Source: Chiloscyllium plagiosum
Lineage: Eukaryota
Assembly (NCBI RefSeq): GCF_004010195.1
Contig: NC_057751.1
Span: 7,640,446 to 7,704,445, forward strand
Length of the DNA stretch: 64,000 bases
Direction of reading: 5' to 3'
Shown piece by piece: positions 25,370 through 38,849 of this stretch. The position numbers and the translations under genes are program-made. Numbering within the stretch: the stretch's first letter is position 1; every line of letters begins with the position of its first letter. Below the pieces are notes generated by a model. That model saw nothing but the letters and a program-made list of their open reading frames with translations. It was not told where the DNA came from and made no database searches.

Positions 25370-25826
25370 CGAGTGTCCTAAACAGGGTCACCCACAAACT
25401 GGAGGGAGAACTCCTCACCTCCCACTTCGGGAGCTGACAACCATACAGCTCAAAATTGAATTCACCAGTTTCCAAATCTCCCCATGCCCCACCTCATCCC
25501 AGATCGATCCTTCTGACTCGGCACCTCCCTCTTGACTTGACCTATCTGTCCATCTTCCTTCCAATCCATCCACCCCTCCCACCAACCTATCACAATCACA
25601 TCCTACCTACATCCGCTTATTACCATCTACCTTACCCCTGGTCCCACTCCTGCATCCTCCTCCCAATTTGTTTCTCAGCCACTTCCCCCACCCCAGTCCT
25701 GATGAAGGGTCCTGCTCGAAATGTCCACTCTCCTGCTCCTCAGATGCTGCCTGACCTGCTGTGCTTTTTCCAGCGCCAAACTTTATTAACTCTGACTCTC
25801 CAGCATCTGCAGTCCTCACTACCTCC
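25370..25826 (+). mobile_element. Penelope-like element 3' end (GIY-YIG tail plus pLTR with hammerhead-like core at 25699-25725)
   Basis: Decayed EEHLIFRLGSLQPHGLNIEFTSF-like coding, C-rich 3' region, then cagtcCTGATGAAGGGT..CTCGAAATGTC and the same arm sequence as the palindromes. Confidence 0.75.
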
Positions 25827-26489
25827 TGACCTAATGTTAATGTAGTTAACCAGTTACGCTTCCATAACCTGTGAGTGTACTACTGAGGGGGAAGTATTGG
25901 TGTGGCATGAGTTAACACGGATTAAACCTGCACCAATCTCACGCTAGGTTTGAATGAAGTAGTGCCTATTAATTAGCTTCAGAGGAAACAATCATTGAAA
26001 CACTTTATTGTTCATTTTCCATTTATTCTTCAAGAAAATTTTACAGTTTGAGAAGAAGAGTGAACTCACTCAAGCAGGGTCAGGACGCTATGCAGCAGAC
26101 AGACAGAACTTTGTGAAGGTGCCATGTGACTGAGTCAGCACTGTCTAATTTGAAGATGGAACATGGAGGGGTTGTGTCAAGGATGTGAAGGATGTACAGA
26201 CTTTGCACAGGAGACAATATGGCGGCTGGGAAGATAGGGAATGGCGAGACCAGAGCTAACAGGCACCATGCCACATTCATAATGTGACAATAAAAGTTCA
26301 TTCCCTTAACAATTCACGTACTGTCCACTGGCATGTGATGTATAAATATTTGATGATTCCTTATTGAATTAGAGCACTACCTCAGGATCCTCCAATGCTG
26401 ACTCAAACATCACTGCTCACAATATGGTCTCTACTACACAGGGGCAACAAAGTGTAGACTGGCTTACTGTTTCACAGGGCACCTATATT

Positions 26490-26690
26490 CTTGTCTTTCT
26501 TTGGGTTCTATCTCCCTCTATTGTTTAATCCTTCCCACCCTCCCCACACCCTATGTTCTACATAAAAAGTACAACTTTTTCCATCAATTCTGAGGAAGGG
26601 TGACTGGACCCAAAAAGGGTTAACTCTGATTTCTCTCCACAGATGCTGCTAGACCTGCTGAGGTTTTCCAGCAAAGTCTGTTTGTGTTCC
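26490..26690 (+). mobile_element. Degraded Penelope-like pLTR (third family)
   Basis: ttctgaggaagggtgactggacccaaaa..ttaactctg..cacagatgctgctagacctgctgag. Confidence 0.55.
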
Positions 26691-26854
26691 TGGCTCAATA
26701 ACAGATTGTTAACCACTACCTAAAATAACTTTGTGAAACAACCTACCCCATAAATACTGTTACGTAATAAACACCTTTTTGCTCCAAAGGTCCATGTCTA
26801 CTTCTGCCAATCTGGCCAATCCTTTGAACTTAATAATAGATTCAACCTGGTTAT

Positions 26855-27685
26855 GTTAGGACTACATTGATTGGAGTTTCGAAGAATGAGAGGCAGATCT
26901 CACAGAAACCTAAAAGGTTCTATACTAGTTGAGACAGAATAAACACAGGAACGAAGTTCCTGATAATCAGGGAGTCCAGAAACAGAGGTCACAGCTCAAG
27001 GAGATGGGGTACGCCATTGGAGATTAAGATGAAGAGAAATTTCTTCACATAGGGAGTGGTGAGCCTGTGGAATTCTCTGCCGCAGAAAGCGATCATAGAG
27101 TCCTAGAGCTGTACAGCATAGAAACAGACCCTTTGGTCCAACTAGTCCATGCCCAACTAATCCCAAACTAAACTAGTTCCACCTGCCTGCTCCTGGCCCA
27201 TATCCCTGCAAACCTTTCCTAGTCATGTCGTCAGCCAAATGTCTTTCAAATGTTGCAATTGTACCCACATCCACCACTTCTCCAGGAAGTTCATTCTAAA
27301 CGCAAACCACACTTAGTGTAAAAAGAATTCCCTTTCCTGTCTTTTTAAAAGCTCTATCCTGTCACCGTAAAAATGTGCCTCATCGTCTTGAAAACCCCAT
27401 CCTTGGGAAAAGACAACCATCATTAACCCTGTCAACCAGCTTGCCTGGCAACTTCCTACGCTCCAGTGAAAGAAGTCCCAGTCGACCCAGCCTTGCTGGT
27501 CAAGGCCAAAACATTGAATGTTTCAAGATGGAGTTCAATACAGTTGGTTTGGCTAAAGGGATCAAAAGGTATGGAGAGAAGGCAGGGACAGGGGACTGAG
27601 TTGGATGACTATCTATGATCATATTGAATAGCAGAGCAGGTTTGAAGGGCCAAATGGCCCACTATTATTTACTATATTTCTATGC
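26855..27685 (+). mobile_element. CR1 3' end (+) interrupted by an oppositely oriented CR1 3' end (27092-27492, -)
   Basis: MKRNFFT.GVVSLWNSLPQKA before the insert; CR1 3' UTR resumes at ~27495. Confidence 0.75.
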
Positions 27686-28439
27686 CAACCCAAAGAAGTC
27701 CCATGGGGTAGTATTGGAAGGACTGGTTGGAGGTAATGAACTCAAACCAGAAGCCGGCTTGAACATCCCTTACAACAGCAATAGTCCAGGTTCCAAACTG
27801 TGATGTGCTCACAATCTAACATCGGTGACTGCACTCAGCTGAGTGTCCTGGGTGAGGGGAAAAGAGAAGTCCCATGTGTTCCTGGCTCTTTCTCACTCTC
27901 CAGAGAAATGGGTTTGTTCTTCTTGTGAAAGACAGCAAATTTCAAGGACCCATCACCTCTTGGGTGATTTGGTCCTTGAGCCCTACGCACCTTCAAGCGG
28001 GGAAACTGCACTAGTTCTTTTGTCCCCATTACTGCTGAGCACGACTACCAATACTGGGAAACTGTAGCAACCTGATTCAGCAAGCAGCAATTGACACCTT
28101 TTCAAAGTGACCTGCAGGCTCAGTGACATTGTCTTTCAATCATATTATCAATCCTTTTCCAAAAAAAAAGGTCTGAACAGATCTCCTGGGGGGCAGTGGT
28201 GATCAGGGCTGGCAAGCTATATGTCAAACCACCAATAACTGGATTCGCTTGGGTAATTTGCTGCATTCACAATATGCAAATGAAAAAAACCCAGGATCAG
28301 CAACTCCAGGTAAATCACTGATCATTACCCACAGGAAGAGTCAGATTAGAGGTCGGTTTAAGCACAGCGATGCTGTGATATATTCAGTCTCATCAGCCGA
28401 AGTTTTGCACTGACAAGACTGGGTTCTGCTGACACAGTT

Positions 28440-29014
28440 TAGAAGGAAGCAGTTTCTAAACTAAACCATAACTAGAAAAAAAACTCTGAACTGGGAGAAC
28501 TGGCTACTCCCCTTCCATTGTGCTTTCAGAAAAACCTGAAAACCTTTGCTGAATGTTGACTTAGGTAGCATCAGTTAGCCATTATTAAAGTGTGCGGCAT
28601 GGTGGCACAGTGGTTAGCACTGCTGCCTCACAGCGCCAGAGACCCGGGTTCAATTCCCGCCTCAGGCGACTGACTGTGTGGAGTTTGCACATTCTCGCCG
28701 TGTCTGCGGGGGTTTCCTCCGGGTGCTCCGGTTTCCTCCCACAATCCAAAAATGTGCAGTTCAGGTGAATTGGCCATGCTAAATTGCCCGTAGTGTTAGG
28801 GGAAGGGGTAAATGTAGGGGAATGGGTCTGGGTGGGTTGCACTTCAGCGGGTCGATGTGGACTTGTTGGGCTGAAGGGCCTGTTTCCAAAGTGTAAGTAA
28901 TCTAATCTAATCTAAAGTAGCCAGTTCAGACATTTGGGCACCTCTACCTTTACATCCCCTCTTGAAAAAAAATCAAGGCGTGAACAACCTTGATGAAGGA
29001 ACAGCATTGTTACA
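28440..29014 (-). mobile_element. LTR fragment (5616/22882 family) interrupted by a HE1 SINE
   Basis: ctgaactgggagaactggc..; cacctctacctttac..; ends cattgttaca. Confidence 0.6.
28594..28915 (+). mobile_element. Young full-length HE1 SINE
   Basis: Head ggtggcacagtggttagcactgctgcctcacagcgccagagacccgggttcaattccc; (TAATC)n tail. Confidence 0.95.
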
Positions 29015-30713
29015 AAAGCTAACCACAGAAAATGATCTGGACAAGCACTTTTACTGGCTCTTACATAACTAAAAGTATATGAGTCTTAAAATAATCCAAT
29101 TTATTTTTTGATGCATGCAGCTTCAACAACTTTGAACATAAATAACATGGCCTGAAAAATGCTCATTAACACGGGAAGAGGCTGCGACAGACCAGTGATG
29201 TTCAGAGTGAAAACAAATTCCTCACCTCCATCTTAAATGGGAAACCTGTTGTGTCTTACCATGCCTCCTCATTCCAGCCTCTCAAATAAGATGAAACATT
29301 TCCTTAGCATCCACTCTGTCAAGTTCCCTCACGGTCATATGCGTTTCAGTGAGTTCACTTCTCAGTCTTGTTCACACTACTCGACACAGGTTACATTCAT
29401 ACCTAACCATTCCACATGAGACAAGCTCTTCATCGCAGGGAACAGCTGAGTAAGATTTCTGTGGATTGGCTATGGATCTTTCACATCCTTTCTCAAATAA
29501 GGCAGGCAAAACTGGACACAGTTTTTCCAATAAGGTCTCACCAATGTTCTACACAACCACAGCAAACCCTTACTCCCTTTTACGTTACACTCCCCTTGAC
29601 GTTTGTCTTCCTAACCATTTACTGAATCTTCATGCAAACCTTACGTGATTCCTGTACAAGTCCACGCAGCTCATGTTGCAGCACTGCACTTTCAAATCTT
29701 TCTGCATTCAAGCCATCTGTTGCTTTTCCATTTTTCAGGCCAGAAAGGACAAATTCAAATTTTCCCGCCTTGTACCCCATCGGCCATTTTTTTTGTCCTC
29801 TTCTCATCCTTTCCCCTGAAGGGGCAAAGGACAACCCAGGAAACTGTGTTTGATATCAATAAGGGAAAAACCGATGGGGGCCATAATGGGAGACAGGGTG
29901 AATACACACTGACAGAAAAATAAGTTCAGACCAGACAGTCAACATGGTTTGATTTATTTAAGTTCTTTAACAAGGTAATAGAGGCAGTGGATGAGGCCAG
30001 TGCTGTGCACATGGTATATTTGGACTTTGAGAAGGCATTACATACAGTGCCACCTGGTAGATTGGTTCACAAAGTAGAAATGTTTGGGATTGATGGGTTC
30101 GTGGCAGCATGGACTGGAAGTTGGCTAAAAGATGACAAACTGAGAGTAAATAAAGATGGGTTATTTAGGAGAAAGTGAGGACTGTAGATGCTGAACATCA
30201 GTGTCAAGAGTTTGGTGCTGGAATTTCATAGCCAGTCTCCGAGGAGCAGGAGAATCCACGTTTTGAGCATAAGCTCTTCATCACGAATTTCTCAGACAGG
30301 GGGCAAGTTGAAAGTAGTGTTCCCCAGGGATCGGTGTCGGGACCCTTGACTTTTCTGATTTATCTAAATGATTTAGAGATGGGTGTTGAGGGAAAAATCT
30401 CTAAATTTGCAGATGATACAAAGCTAGAATCATGAATCGTGAGAATGACACTGAGTGACTTCAGAGAGACAAAGACAAGTTGTCCAAATGGACAGAGCCC
30501 TGGCAGATGAATCTCAATGCAGAAAATTCAAAGCTAACACATTTTGGTGTAAGGAACATGGACAGACAATACAGGCTCAATGTCATATTTTTGATGGGAG
30601 GACAGGAGCAGGGGGATTTTGGGGTTCAAGTGCATTATTGTCTGAAGGAGGCCTGGCAAGTTGAAACAATTGCTAAGGTGGCTCATGGGATCCTTGGGTT
30701 TATAAATAGAGGC

Positions 30714-30895
30714 GAGTGTGGGGTGCTGGAAAAGCACAGCCAGTCAGGCAGCATCTGAGGAGCAGGAGAATTGGACATTTTGTGCATAGGCCCTTCATCA
30801 GGATATGTCGATTCTCCTGCTCCTCGGATGCTGCCTGACTGCTGTGCTTTTCCAGCACCACACTCTCTCCAGCATCTGCAGTCCTCACTTTCTTC
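30714..30895. mobile_element. Palindromic Penelope-like element with 15-bp TSD
   Basis: tttataaatagaggc at 30699-30713 and 30896-30910; inverted arms. Confidence 0.85.
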
Positions 30896-31259
30896 TTTAT
30901 AAATAGAGGCAGTGAGTATAAAAGCAGGGAAGATTGTAAAAGCAACGAGGTGATGCTACACCTCCACAAATCAGTGGTCAAACCACATGTGGAGTTTTGT
31001 GTTCAATTCTGGTGACCTATTTTAAGGAAGGGTGTTAAAACCCTGGAGAAAGTACAAAGAAAATTTCCTGTAATGACACCTGTATTGTGGGATTTTAGAT
31101 GGAAGCAAAGATTGGAGAAAATAGATTTAATCCCCTTGGTTGAGACAAAGTGCCAACTGCAGATGCTGGAGATTCAAAGCCGACAAGTGTGGCACTGGAA
31201 AAGCACAGCCGGTCTGGCAGCATCCAGGCAGCAGGAAAGTCAATATTTTGGGCACATTC

Positions 31260-31287
31260 CTGATGAAGGGCTTATGCCCGAAACGTC
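31260..31287 (+). ncRNA. Minimal hammerhead ribozyme motif, intact core
   Basis: CTGATGA-A-GGGC-TTAT-GCCC-GAAA-CG-TC with palindromic ACGT in place of stem III. Confidence 0.7.
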
Positions 31288-32064
31288 GACTCTCCTGCTG
31301 CTCAGATGCTGCTTGACCTGCTGTGGCTTTTCCAGCGCCACACTTTTTGACTCCTAATCTTTCTTGGTGCAGAGAAGTTCAAGGTGTTCAAAATTATGAA
31401 CCATTTTGACAGGGTAAAAAAGGATATCATGTTTCCATTAGTTGGTACGGTTGGCACGCCAGAAAATTGGGGTCAAAATTTCAAGATTGTGAGCAAGAGA
31501 GCCAAGAGTGAGATGAGGAGAATCTTCTTTGCTCAGAGGGTTGTTGGGATTTGGAATGCGCTGCCTGAGAGTGGTGGAGAAAGATTCCATCGCAGTTTCA
31601 AAAGACAACTGGATATATACTTGCAAGTCATGAATTTAGAGAGTTACAGAGATAGGGCTGGAGAACAGGACTGGCTGGGTAGCTGTTTCAGGAGACTAGT
31701 GCTGCCACAGTGGGCCAAGTGGCCTCCTTCTGTCCTGTAAGATTCTGTGATTCTGTTCATATCCCTTGTCGGGCACTAAATAACTTGCTCACAATTTACT
31801 TTCCCACATACCTTGGTGTCACCTAAAAGTCTACCAAACATACATTCAGTCACTTCATCCAATTCAGAAAATACAGATGTTAAACACGGTTTAGGCCCCA
31901 GCACTGATCCTTGCGGCAATTACTGCTTACAGCCTGCCAATCTGCCAATGACACATTAATTTTCATTCTTTGCTTTCTGTTCATCCACCGATCCTCGACT
32001 CATGTCTATATGTTACCTGCTACACCATGAACTCTGATTTTGCACAGAAACTTTTAATCTGGTA

Positions 32065-32268
32065 CAGGTCGTTCCGCTCTAACGCGCATTTCTTCAGCAC
32101 GAATTGGCTATAACGCAATCAACAAATTGTGGACACTGTCTGGATAATGTGAACTTCCTACTGAACAGGTTCAGTGATTTTCTATTAGCGGTCTTCTACA
32201 GCGAGATTTTCGATGTGGTTTTCCATAGCGTGATTTTCTACAGCGCGACGTTATAACAGAATGACGTG
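32065..32268. mobile_element. Tc1/pogo (Tigger-like) MITE
   Basis: TA flanks; imperfect TIRs caggtcgttccgctctaacgcg / cgttataacagaatgacgtg; related copy at 59929. Confidence 0.7.
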
Positions 32269-33699
32269 TACCTCACCAAACACCAAATTTTGAAAATGCA
32301 AGTCCAGCACATTTATATTACTCTTGATCCTCGTTACTTGCTATTTCCTCAAACAGCCTTAAACACCTAAGGTCAAGTATGATTTCCCTTTCTCAAAATC
32401 ATGTTGATTCCTCCTCACTGTGTAAAGATTTTGAGAATGCCCTGCTATGACCCCCTTCGGAATAGATTCCATACTTCTCCCTCTCATAGCTCAGTGGCCT
32501 CAAGTTACATCCTTTCTATCTGTCTTGAATAGATCGAGTTAGATTTTGTTATTTTGTGATCTGATGGGAGCATTCCAGCATCAAGGATATTTTACGAAAC
32601 TAAATCCAATGCATTGATCAACTGCATAGAGTTCAGGGAGACCAGGAGAAATTGGTTTTGCCTTTTCCTATTTTTTCAGGTATAGTTCCTTCAGCAGAAC
32701 ACACTGAATGGTGAACTACAAGTTTAAGCTGGATCATAAATCACTCAGATAAATTGAAAGGTTTCTTTTACTCTTTCGATTCAACATTATATATTCCAGA
32801 GCGAACAGCTAAAACTACTTCAGCAACGTAACTTGAGACATTAAACACAGAAGTCTTATGGGTGGGATAAATATTATTTGAGATTTCTTCTGCACTTTAA
32901 TTGGAACTAGAGAAATACTTCCATAAATATTCATGGACTCCTTATGTCAATAGTTGCATTGAAAACCCATTACTCCTTCACAAACAATCAAGAGAAACAA
33001 AAACTTAATTTGCGATGTCATTCCATTTAAAGGATGTGATAGTTCTTAGGTTTACAATTAGACAGGATGACAGAGAGGGCTATTCTGATCCTTATACAAA
33101 ACCAAACTGGATATCATCATTATTCTGATCTGATTAGCTCCGGGCTGAGGAAGACTTCAAATTGATTTTAAAGACTGTGCTCAGAGGCCAAGAGACACAA
33201 TGACTGATGATTCTTTTTCCATTCTCAAGGTCTGTTCAAGGTTGGTGGAGACACCAGCAGTAGCCCCCCTGCCACCTACACCCAGACAAACAATATGGAG
33301 TAGGGCCCCACAGATACCATGAGCCATCCTCAACCCTAGCCAGCCGTGCCCTTTGGCTGACGCTTACACTGTAAGAGAGAATTCAAAAGCTCTTAACAGT
33401 ATCCTGAGGCAGGTCCAGATGCAGGCATGAGCAATAAAGGGGAGTGTACTAAACACCTTCTTATTCACCCTGTTTACATGTGACGCAAACTTCAAAGAAA
33501 TTTGGACCTGAACCCCTCGGTCTTTCTATTGAATGATGCCACCAGAGGCCTGATTTTAATTGGAACATTGGCCCATGTTTGTCCAAATTCTCTTACGGGA
33601 CAGTTCCGTGGACCAGGCAACAAATCTGGAGAGCTTTTGTTGCCTCACTCTGTCGTCATGATCCAGACAAGTGAGAGTTGATTCACTGCAGGCACACGA

Positions 33700-34540
33700 A
33701 TGAGACAAAAGAGGACATGATGAACAGTGGGACCCTGAGGAGCACCGAGTATCAGGGAACCTTGGTGTGCCTAGAGAACGGTTGCCTGAGGGATTGGGAC
33801 AAGTTGATCAAGCGGTTGTCAGGGTTTCTGGGATACTTGCTTTTATTAGCCGAGGCAGAGAGTTTCAGATCAGGGAGTTGATGCTGGAACTGCATGAAAT
33901 GTCAGTCACGGCAGTGCTGGAGCGTTGTGAGCAGTTTTGGAATGCATGTTGCAGGAGTCACATGACAACACTGGGAGAGGATAGGGAGGAGATTTACCAG
34001 GACGTTGGCTGGTGCTGGAGTGTTGAAGTGACTGAAGCTGTTTTCCTTAGAGCACAAGATACTGAGGGTGGACATGATTGGGATGTATAAAATTATGAAA
34101 GGCACAGATAGGGTAGATATGAAGACGCTGTTTCCCTGATGGAAAGATCAATGACTCAGGCTGAGGGGTGACCATATAGAGGGTTATAAAATCATGAGGG
34201 GCATGGATAGGGTAAACAGACACTGTCTTTTCCCTGGGTTGGGGGAGTCCAGAACGAGAGGGTTATGGTTTCGGGTGAGAGGAGAACATTCAAAAGGGAC
34301 CTAAGGGGTAACTTTTACACGTAAAGGGTGTTGCGTGTATGGAATGAGCTGCCAAAGGAAGTGGTGGAGGCTGGTTCAATTACAATATTCAAAATATATC
34401 TGGATGGATACATGAACAGGACGTGTTTAGAGGGACATGGGCCAAGTGCCGGCAAATGGGACTAGATTAGTTTCGGACATCTGGTCGCCATGGACAAGTT
34501 GGAACTAAGTGTCTGTCTCTATACAGTTCTGTGACTCTGT
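33700..34540 (+). mobile_element. CR1 3' fragments (an old copy followed by a younger 3' end)
   Basis: ILAFISRGREF, ERCEQFWN; LRGDHIEGYKIMRGMDRV..WNELP. Confidence 0.8.
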
Positions 34541-34732
34541 AAATGGCTTTGGGACATTTAAAGATTGCTGAAGGCACAACACCACATTATATTTCTTCTT
34601 TGCCTTGGATAAACGCTGAGATTTCAAACTGAGTTTGAATTGCACAACCCAAGCCAAAGACATGTCTTTCACCTGCTGTATGCCACTGCTGTGTTTTTAG
34701 ATCAGGAATGATAGACATTCCATTGAAATTAC

Positions 34733-35009
34733 CTCAAGAGAAATAAATGGCTGCCTTGCCATCTGTTTATTTTGTCTCTGTCTTTGGACTGACTTCTCCT
34801 CTGATCCGCAGCCTTAATTTCTTGTGCTCGTTCCGAAGTTAGCCCTCTGACTGAAGATCCGTGCCCCAGCCTTAGGGTGGATTGCCGAGGGAGAAAAGAA
34901 TTTTGACACTTCATTTATCTGGTCTTCCAGTGTGTCCAGGTCCTGCCAACACAGGCTGCTATGTGAACGCGTTTGATGGATGCTGTGCCTGCGATGAATT
35001 ATCTCCCAT
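34733..35009 (-). other. Candidate exon (277 nt), product unknown
   Basis: Acceptor cttttcagattcttgtttcag and donor GAG/gtaatt in non-repeat DNA; no recognisable homology. Confidence 0.3.
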
Positions 35010-36605
35010 CTGAAACAAGAATCTGAAAAGCAAGCTGGAGTTGTGTGAAGGGACGGGGCATGTGAAAGGGCAACATCAATTTGTCTGCAAAAACCCTCAG
35101 ACTTGTCCGGCGATATCAACACTTCTGAAACTAATTGCCTTTGCCCCTGTGAAGCTTGTCTCTCAGCATCCCTTGAAGAGAAGGTTGGAGCTTAATTGTA
35201 ATGCCTTGTTGTTCTGCTCACAAAATTACCCCCTTTGATGTGATCCCTCCCTGCAATACAATGTTGAGGCTTGGTGAATTCCTATAACACAGTCCAAACA
35301 AATGCCATTCACTTTTTCCCTCCCTTCATATGAAATAAAAAGGACCCAGAGACTTGGAGGAAGGAGCAAATAGACATTCATGAGGATGACACCACAAGTC
35401 AAAGCGTGCACTTGCCAGGGAAGGTTCCGCACCCAAGAGGATGGGGCTGATGGGCTGATAGAGGCGTTTAAGATAATCAAAGGGTTCTGTGCTAATAGGC
35501 ATGGATAGACTGTTTCCATTTGTCACAAAGATGAGACTGAGAGGGGATCGGTAAAAAAAGATGTTCCTCAGAAATCCCGTCGGGAATTCAGCCTCTCCCT
35601 ATAGTTCAAACCCTCTAACCTTGGCAACATCCTTACAAATCTTTCCTGAACCCTTTCAAGTTTCACAACATCCTTCCTATAGGAGATGATCAAACAGGAG
35701 CGATCTTTCACGGAAATTAGGGTGGATGATTGGGAAAAGGAACTTGTAGACATTCAAACCTTACAGTTTATCAAAACTATTGAGTATGAAAAGTGCTTCT
35801 ATCCTCTGAGATTCCAGCCAATCTTTATATCTCCAAATGAAGATATCAGTCCTCTGACTGATAGTGTTCACTCATCCTTTATTCCTGTATTTTGAGTAGC
35901 TTTCTGTCTGCAGTGATTTCATTAGGTTCCACTCCATTGACATCAAGACTTGGGAGCAATGCTCTTGGCTTAAGAATGTCACAATATCGATCCACCTCAC
36001 TTAATGCAACTTGAATCACTGACAGTGAAGAAACTACGTAGAAAGTCTCCTCCTAGAATCCTGCAGGTCTCCAGTTAACCAACTAAATGCACAAAGACTC
36101 AACAGACACCGATTGATGGAGTCACTTCCTTCTGGTTTCCTTGTTTCCTCTCCTTGACTCACAGCAGGCGACTGCCTTCTACTGTCACTGGACGGGTTAT
36201 CGCATCTGACTCAAATGACCACTCGCTTCTCATTTTGAGGAAGAGAGAGATGCAAAGGGCAACATATCGTAATGGTACCAGAGACTGGAGGAGCTGCAGT
36301 TGTTACCCAGAGTGCAGAGAAGATTAAGAGGATATTAGTTGACAGGGGTGCTTGGAACGGTTTGAATGATTAGCTCGAACGCGGTAAAAAGGGAGAAGTT
36401 GGATCATCCTTTACAGATCCTGCAAAAGCACAATGGGCCGAATGGTCTCCAGCTGCAGTGAGAGATTCTATCCTTGTAACTTTCACCCCCTGCAGACAGG
36501 TAAGATGATCTAACAGAAGCAATACAAGTCATCTTTCATGGAAATTAGAGTGGATGGTTAGGAGCATTCGTATTGAGACGAAACTGGCAAAAGAACCAGG
36601 GGTGA

Positions 36606-38053
36606 AGTCCCGGAATACTGGAAGCAAATGTCGTGCCATTATTCAAGAAGGGCTGCAAAGAAAAGCCTGGGAACTGTAGACCAGCAAGTTTAATGTCTGT
36701 GTGGTGGCTACATTAATTGAGAAGATTCTCAGAGATGAGATATGCATACATTTGGAAAGACAGGGTTTGATTAGGAATAGTCAGCATGGCTTTGTGAGTG
36801 GGAGATCATGCCTCACAAATTTGTTTGAGTTCTTTGGTGAAGTGACCAGAAAGGTTGACGAGGGCATGGTGGTAGTCTATATGGATTTCGCTAAGGCCTT
36901 TGATAAGTTTCTACATGGTAGGCTGCTCTGGAAGGTTCAATCGCATGGAATCCAGTGCGAGCTGGCAAATTGGATACAAAATTGGATTGATGGGAGGAAG
37001 CAGAGGGTAATAGTGGAAGGATGCTTTTTGGACTGGAGGCCTGTGACTCGTGGAGTGCCTCAGGGGCTGGTGGTGGGCCCATTGCTGTTTGTTATCAATT
37101 TCAATGTTTTGGATAAGAATATACAAGGCATGATTAGTAAGCTTGCTGATGATCCTGAAATAGGCGGTATTAACGACAGAGAGGAAGGATATCAGAAATT
37201 GCAACAGGACTTGATCAGCTGGGGAAGTGGGCCAAGAAATGGCAAATGGAGTTTAATATAGATAATTGTGAGGTTTTGCATTTTGGAGAGTCAAATCAAG
37301 ATTGGAATACATGGTAAATGGTAGAGCCTTAAGGCAGTGGAACAGAGGGAGCTTGGAGTTCAGGTTCACAATTCTCTGAAAGTTGAGTCGCAGATAGACA
37401 GGGCAGTAAAGAAGGCTTTTGACACACTGACCTTCATCAATCAGGGCACTGAGTATAGAAGTTGGGAAGTTATGTTGCAGTTATACAGGACATTGTGGGG
37501 CCGCACTTGGAGTATTATGTTCAGTTATGATCACCTTGCTACAGGAAGGATATTATTAAACTGGAAAGAGTGCAGAAGAAATTTGCAAGGACATTGCCAG
37601 GACTCAATGATTTTAGTTATAAGGAGAGGTTGGACAAACTAAGGCTTTTTTCTTTAGAGCGTCAGAGACTGAGGACAGACCTTCTGGAGATGTATAACGC
37701 CATGAGAGGCATGGTTAGGGTGAATGCCCGCAGTTTTTTTTCTCCAGGGTTGGGAAATTGAGGACTAGAGGGCATCATTTAAAGTTAGATGGGAAAGAAT
37801 ACAAGGGAACCTGGGGGCAACTTGATTTACACAGAGGGTGGTCCGCTTATGGAATGAGCTACCGGCGGAAGTGGGTGATGTGGTTACATTAACAACATTT
37901 AAAAGGCATTGGACAAATACGTGGATAGGAAAGGATTAGAAGGATATGAGCCAAGTGCAGGGGAATGGGGTTAACATGGCCGGACATTTTGGTTGATGTG
38001 GACCAGTTTTGGTCAAAGGGCCTGTTTCCATGCTGTACAATTCTATGACCCTA
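36606..38053 (+). mobile_element. 5'-truncated CR1 LINE, decayed RT
   Basis: QHGFVSGRSCLTNLFEFF, VYMDFAKAFDK, GVPQGLVVGPLLF, ISKLADDPEIGG. Confidence 0.95.
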
Positions 38054-38849
38054 TAAACTTTGATCCCCTTCCAAATCAACCACTTATCAATCTCTGTCAT
38101 AAATACACTCAATGACTCGGCTTCCACACCCCTCTGTGGCAATACGTTCCACAGATTCACCACCATCTGGCTGGTGACAAGAAGAGTTCTATAGTGAGGT
38201 GAGATTTGGAACGACGAACTTGAAAGTATGGTGGAAGCCAATTTAAGTGGAATATTCAAAAGAAGTATGGATTTATAGATGCAGGGGAAAATTGATCATG
38301 ATATGGGAAGGAACTGGGATTTGGGCAAAGGGGGTGTGAATAATTAGATGGCTTGAACAAAGAGCTGACAGACAGCAAGGAACTAATGATCTCCTTCTAC
38401 GCGGCTTCATTCTTGGACTCTTTTGGAATGGCAAGATCTATTGGACAATTAAGGACTTTGGGACTTCACCCAACCTTGTTAATGATCAAGAATGAAAATA
38501 TGGGCTGACATTTCTTTAAAATCTTGTTTCTGTTCTCCCAAGTCACAGGCATTTCTATCAACTGCAGTCTCCCACACAGAGACAAGTCATGAACACTGGA
38601 TCTCCTGAATCTGCACGGCTCAGTACCATATCAGTTGATGCTCCAATTTGTTCCCTCTGTACTCGACTAACCCCATATTATTCTGACCCGTCTTCTGTCT
38701 TGCACCTTGTCTAAACTTCAGCTTATCCAATACCCTGCAGCCTCAACTTACATCACGTCCCCGTCGCACATTACCATTTTGCTCATTGTCCAACAGTGAA
38801 CAGTTTTTAAAAATTCTCATCCTTGCTTTCAAACTCTTCCCCTCTCCAT

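Larger units (their letters stand above)
29930..31754 (+). mobile_element. Decayed CR1 LINE (RT to 3' end) carrying three Penelope-derived inserts (30167-30287, 30714-30895, 31141-31354)
   Basis: VYLDFEKA..TVP, PQGSVSGPL, ISKFADDTKL, EMRRIFFAQRVVGIWNALP. Confidence 0.9.

Noticed and set aside
28594..28665. tRNA gene
   Set aside because: tRNA-derived SINE head continuous with the SINE body; the same applies to the other copies
34810..34850. RGLTSERAQEI resembling the Na/K-ATPase N-terminal motif
   Set aside because: Similarity does not extend to the following DGPNALTPP motif; likely chance
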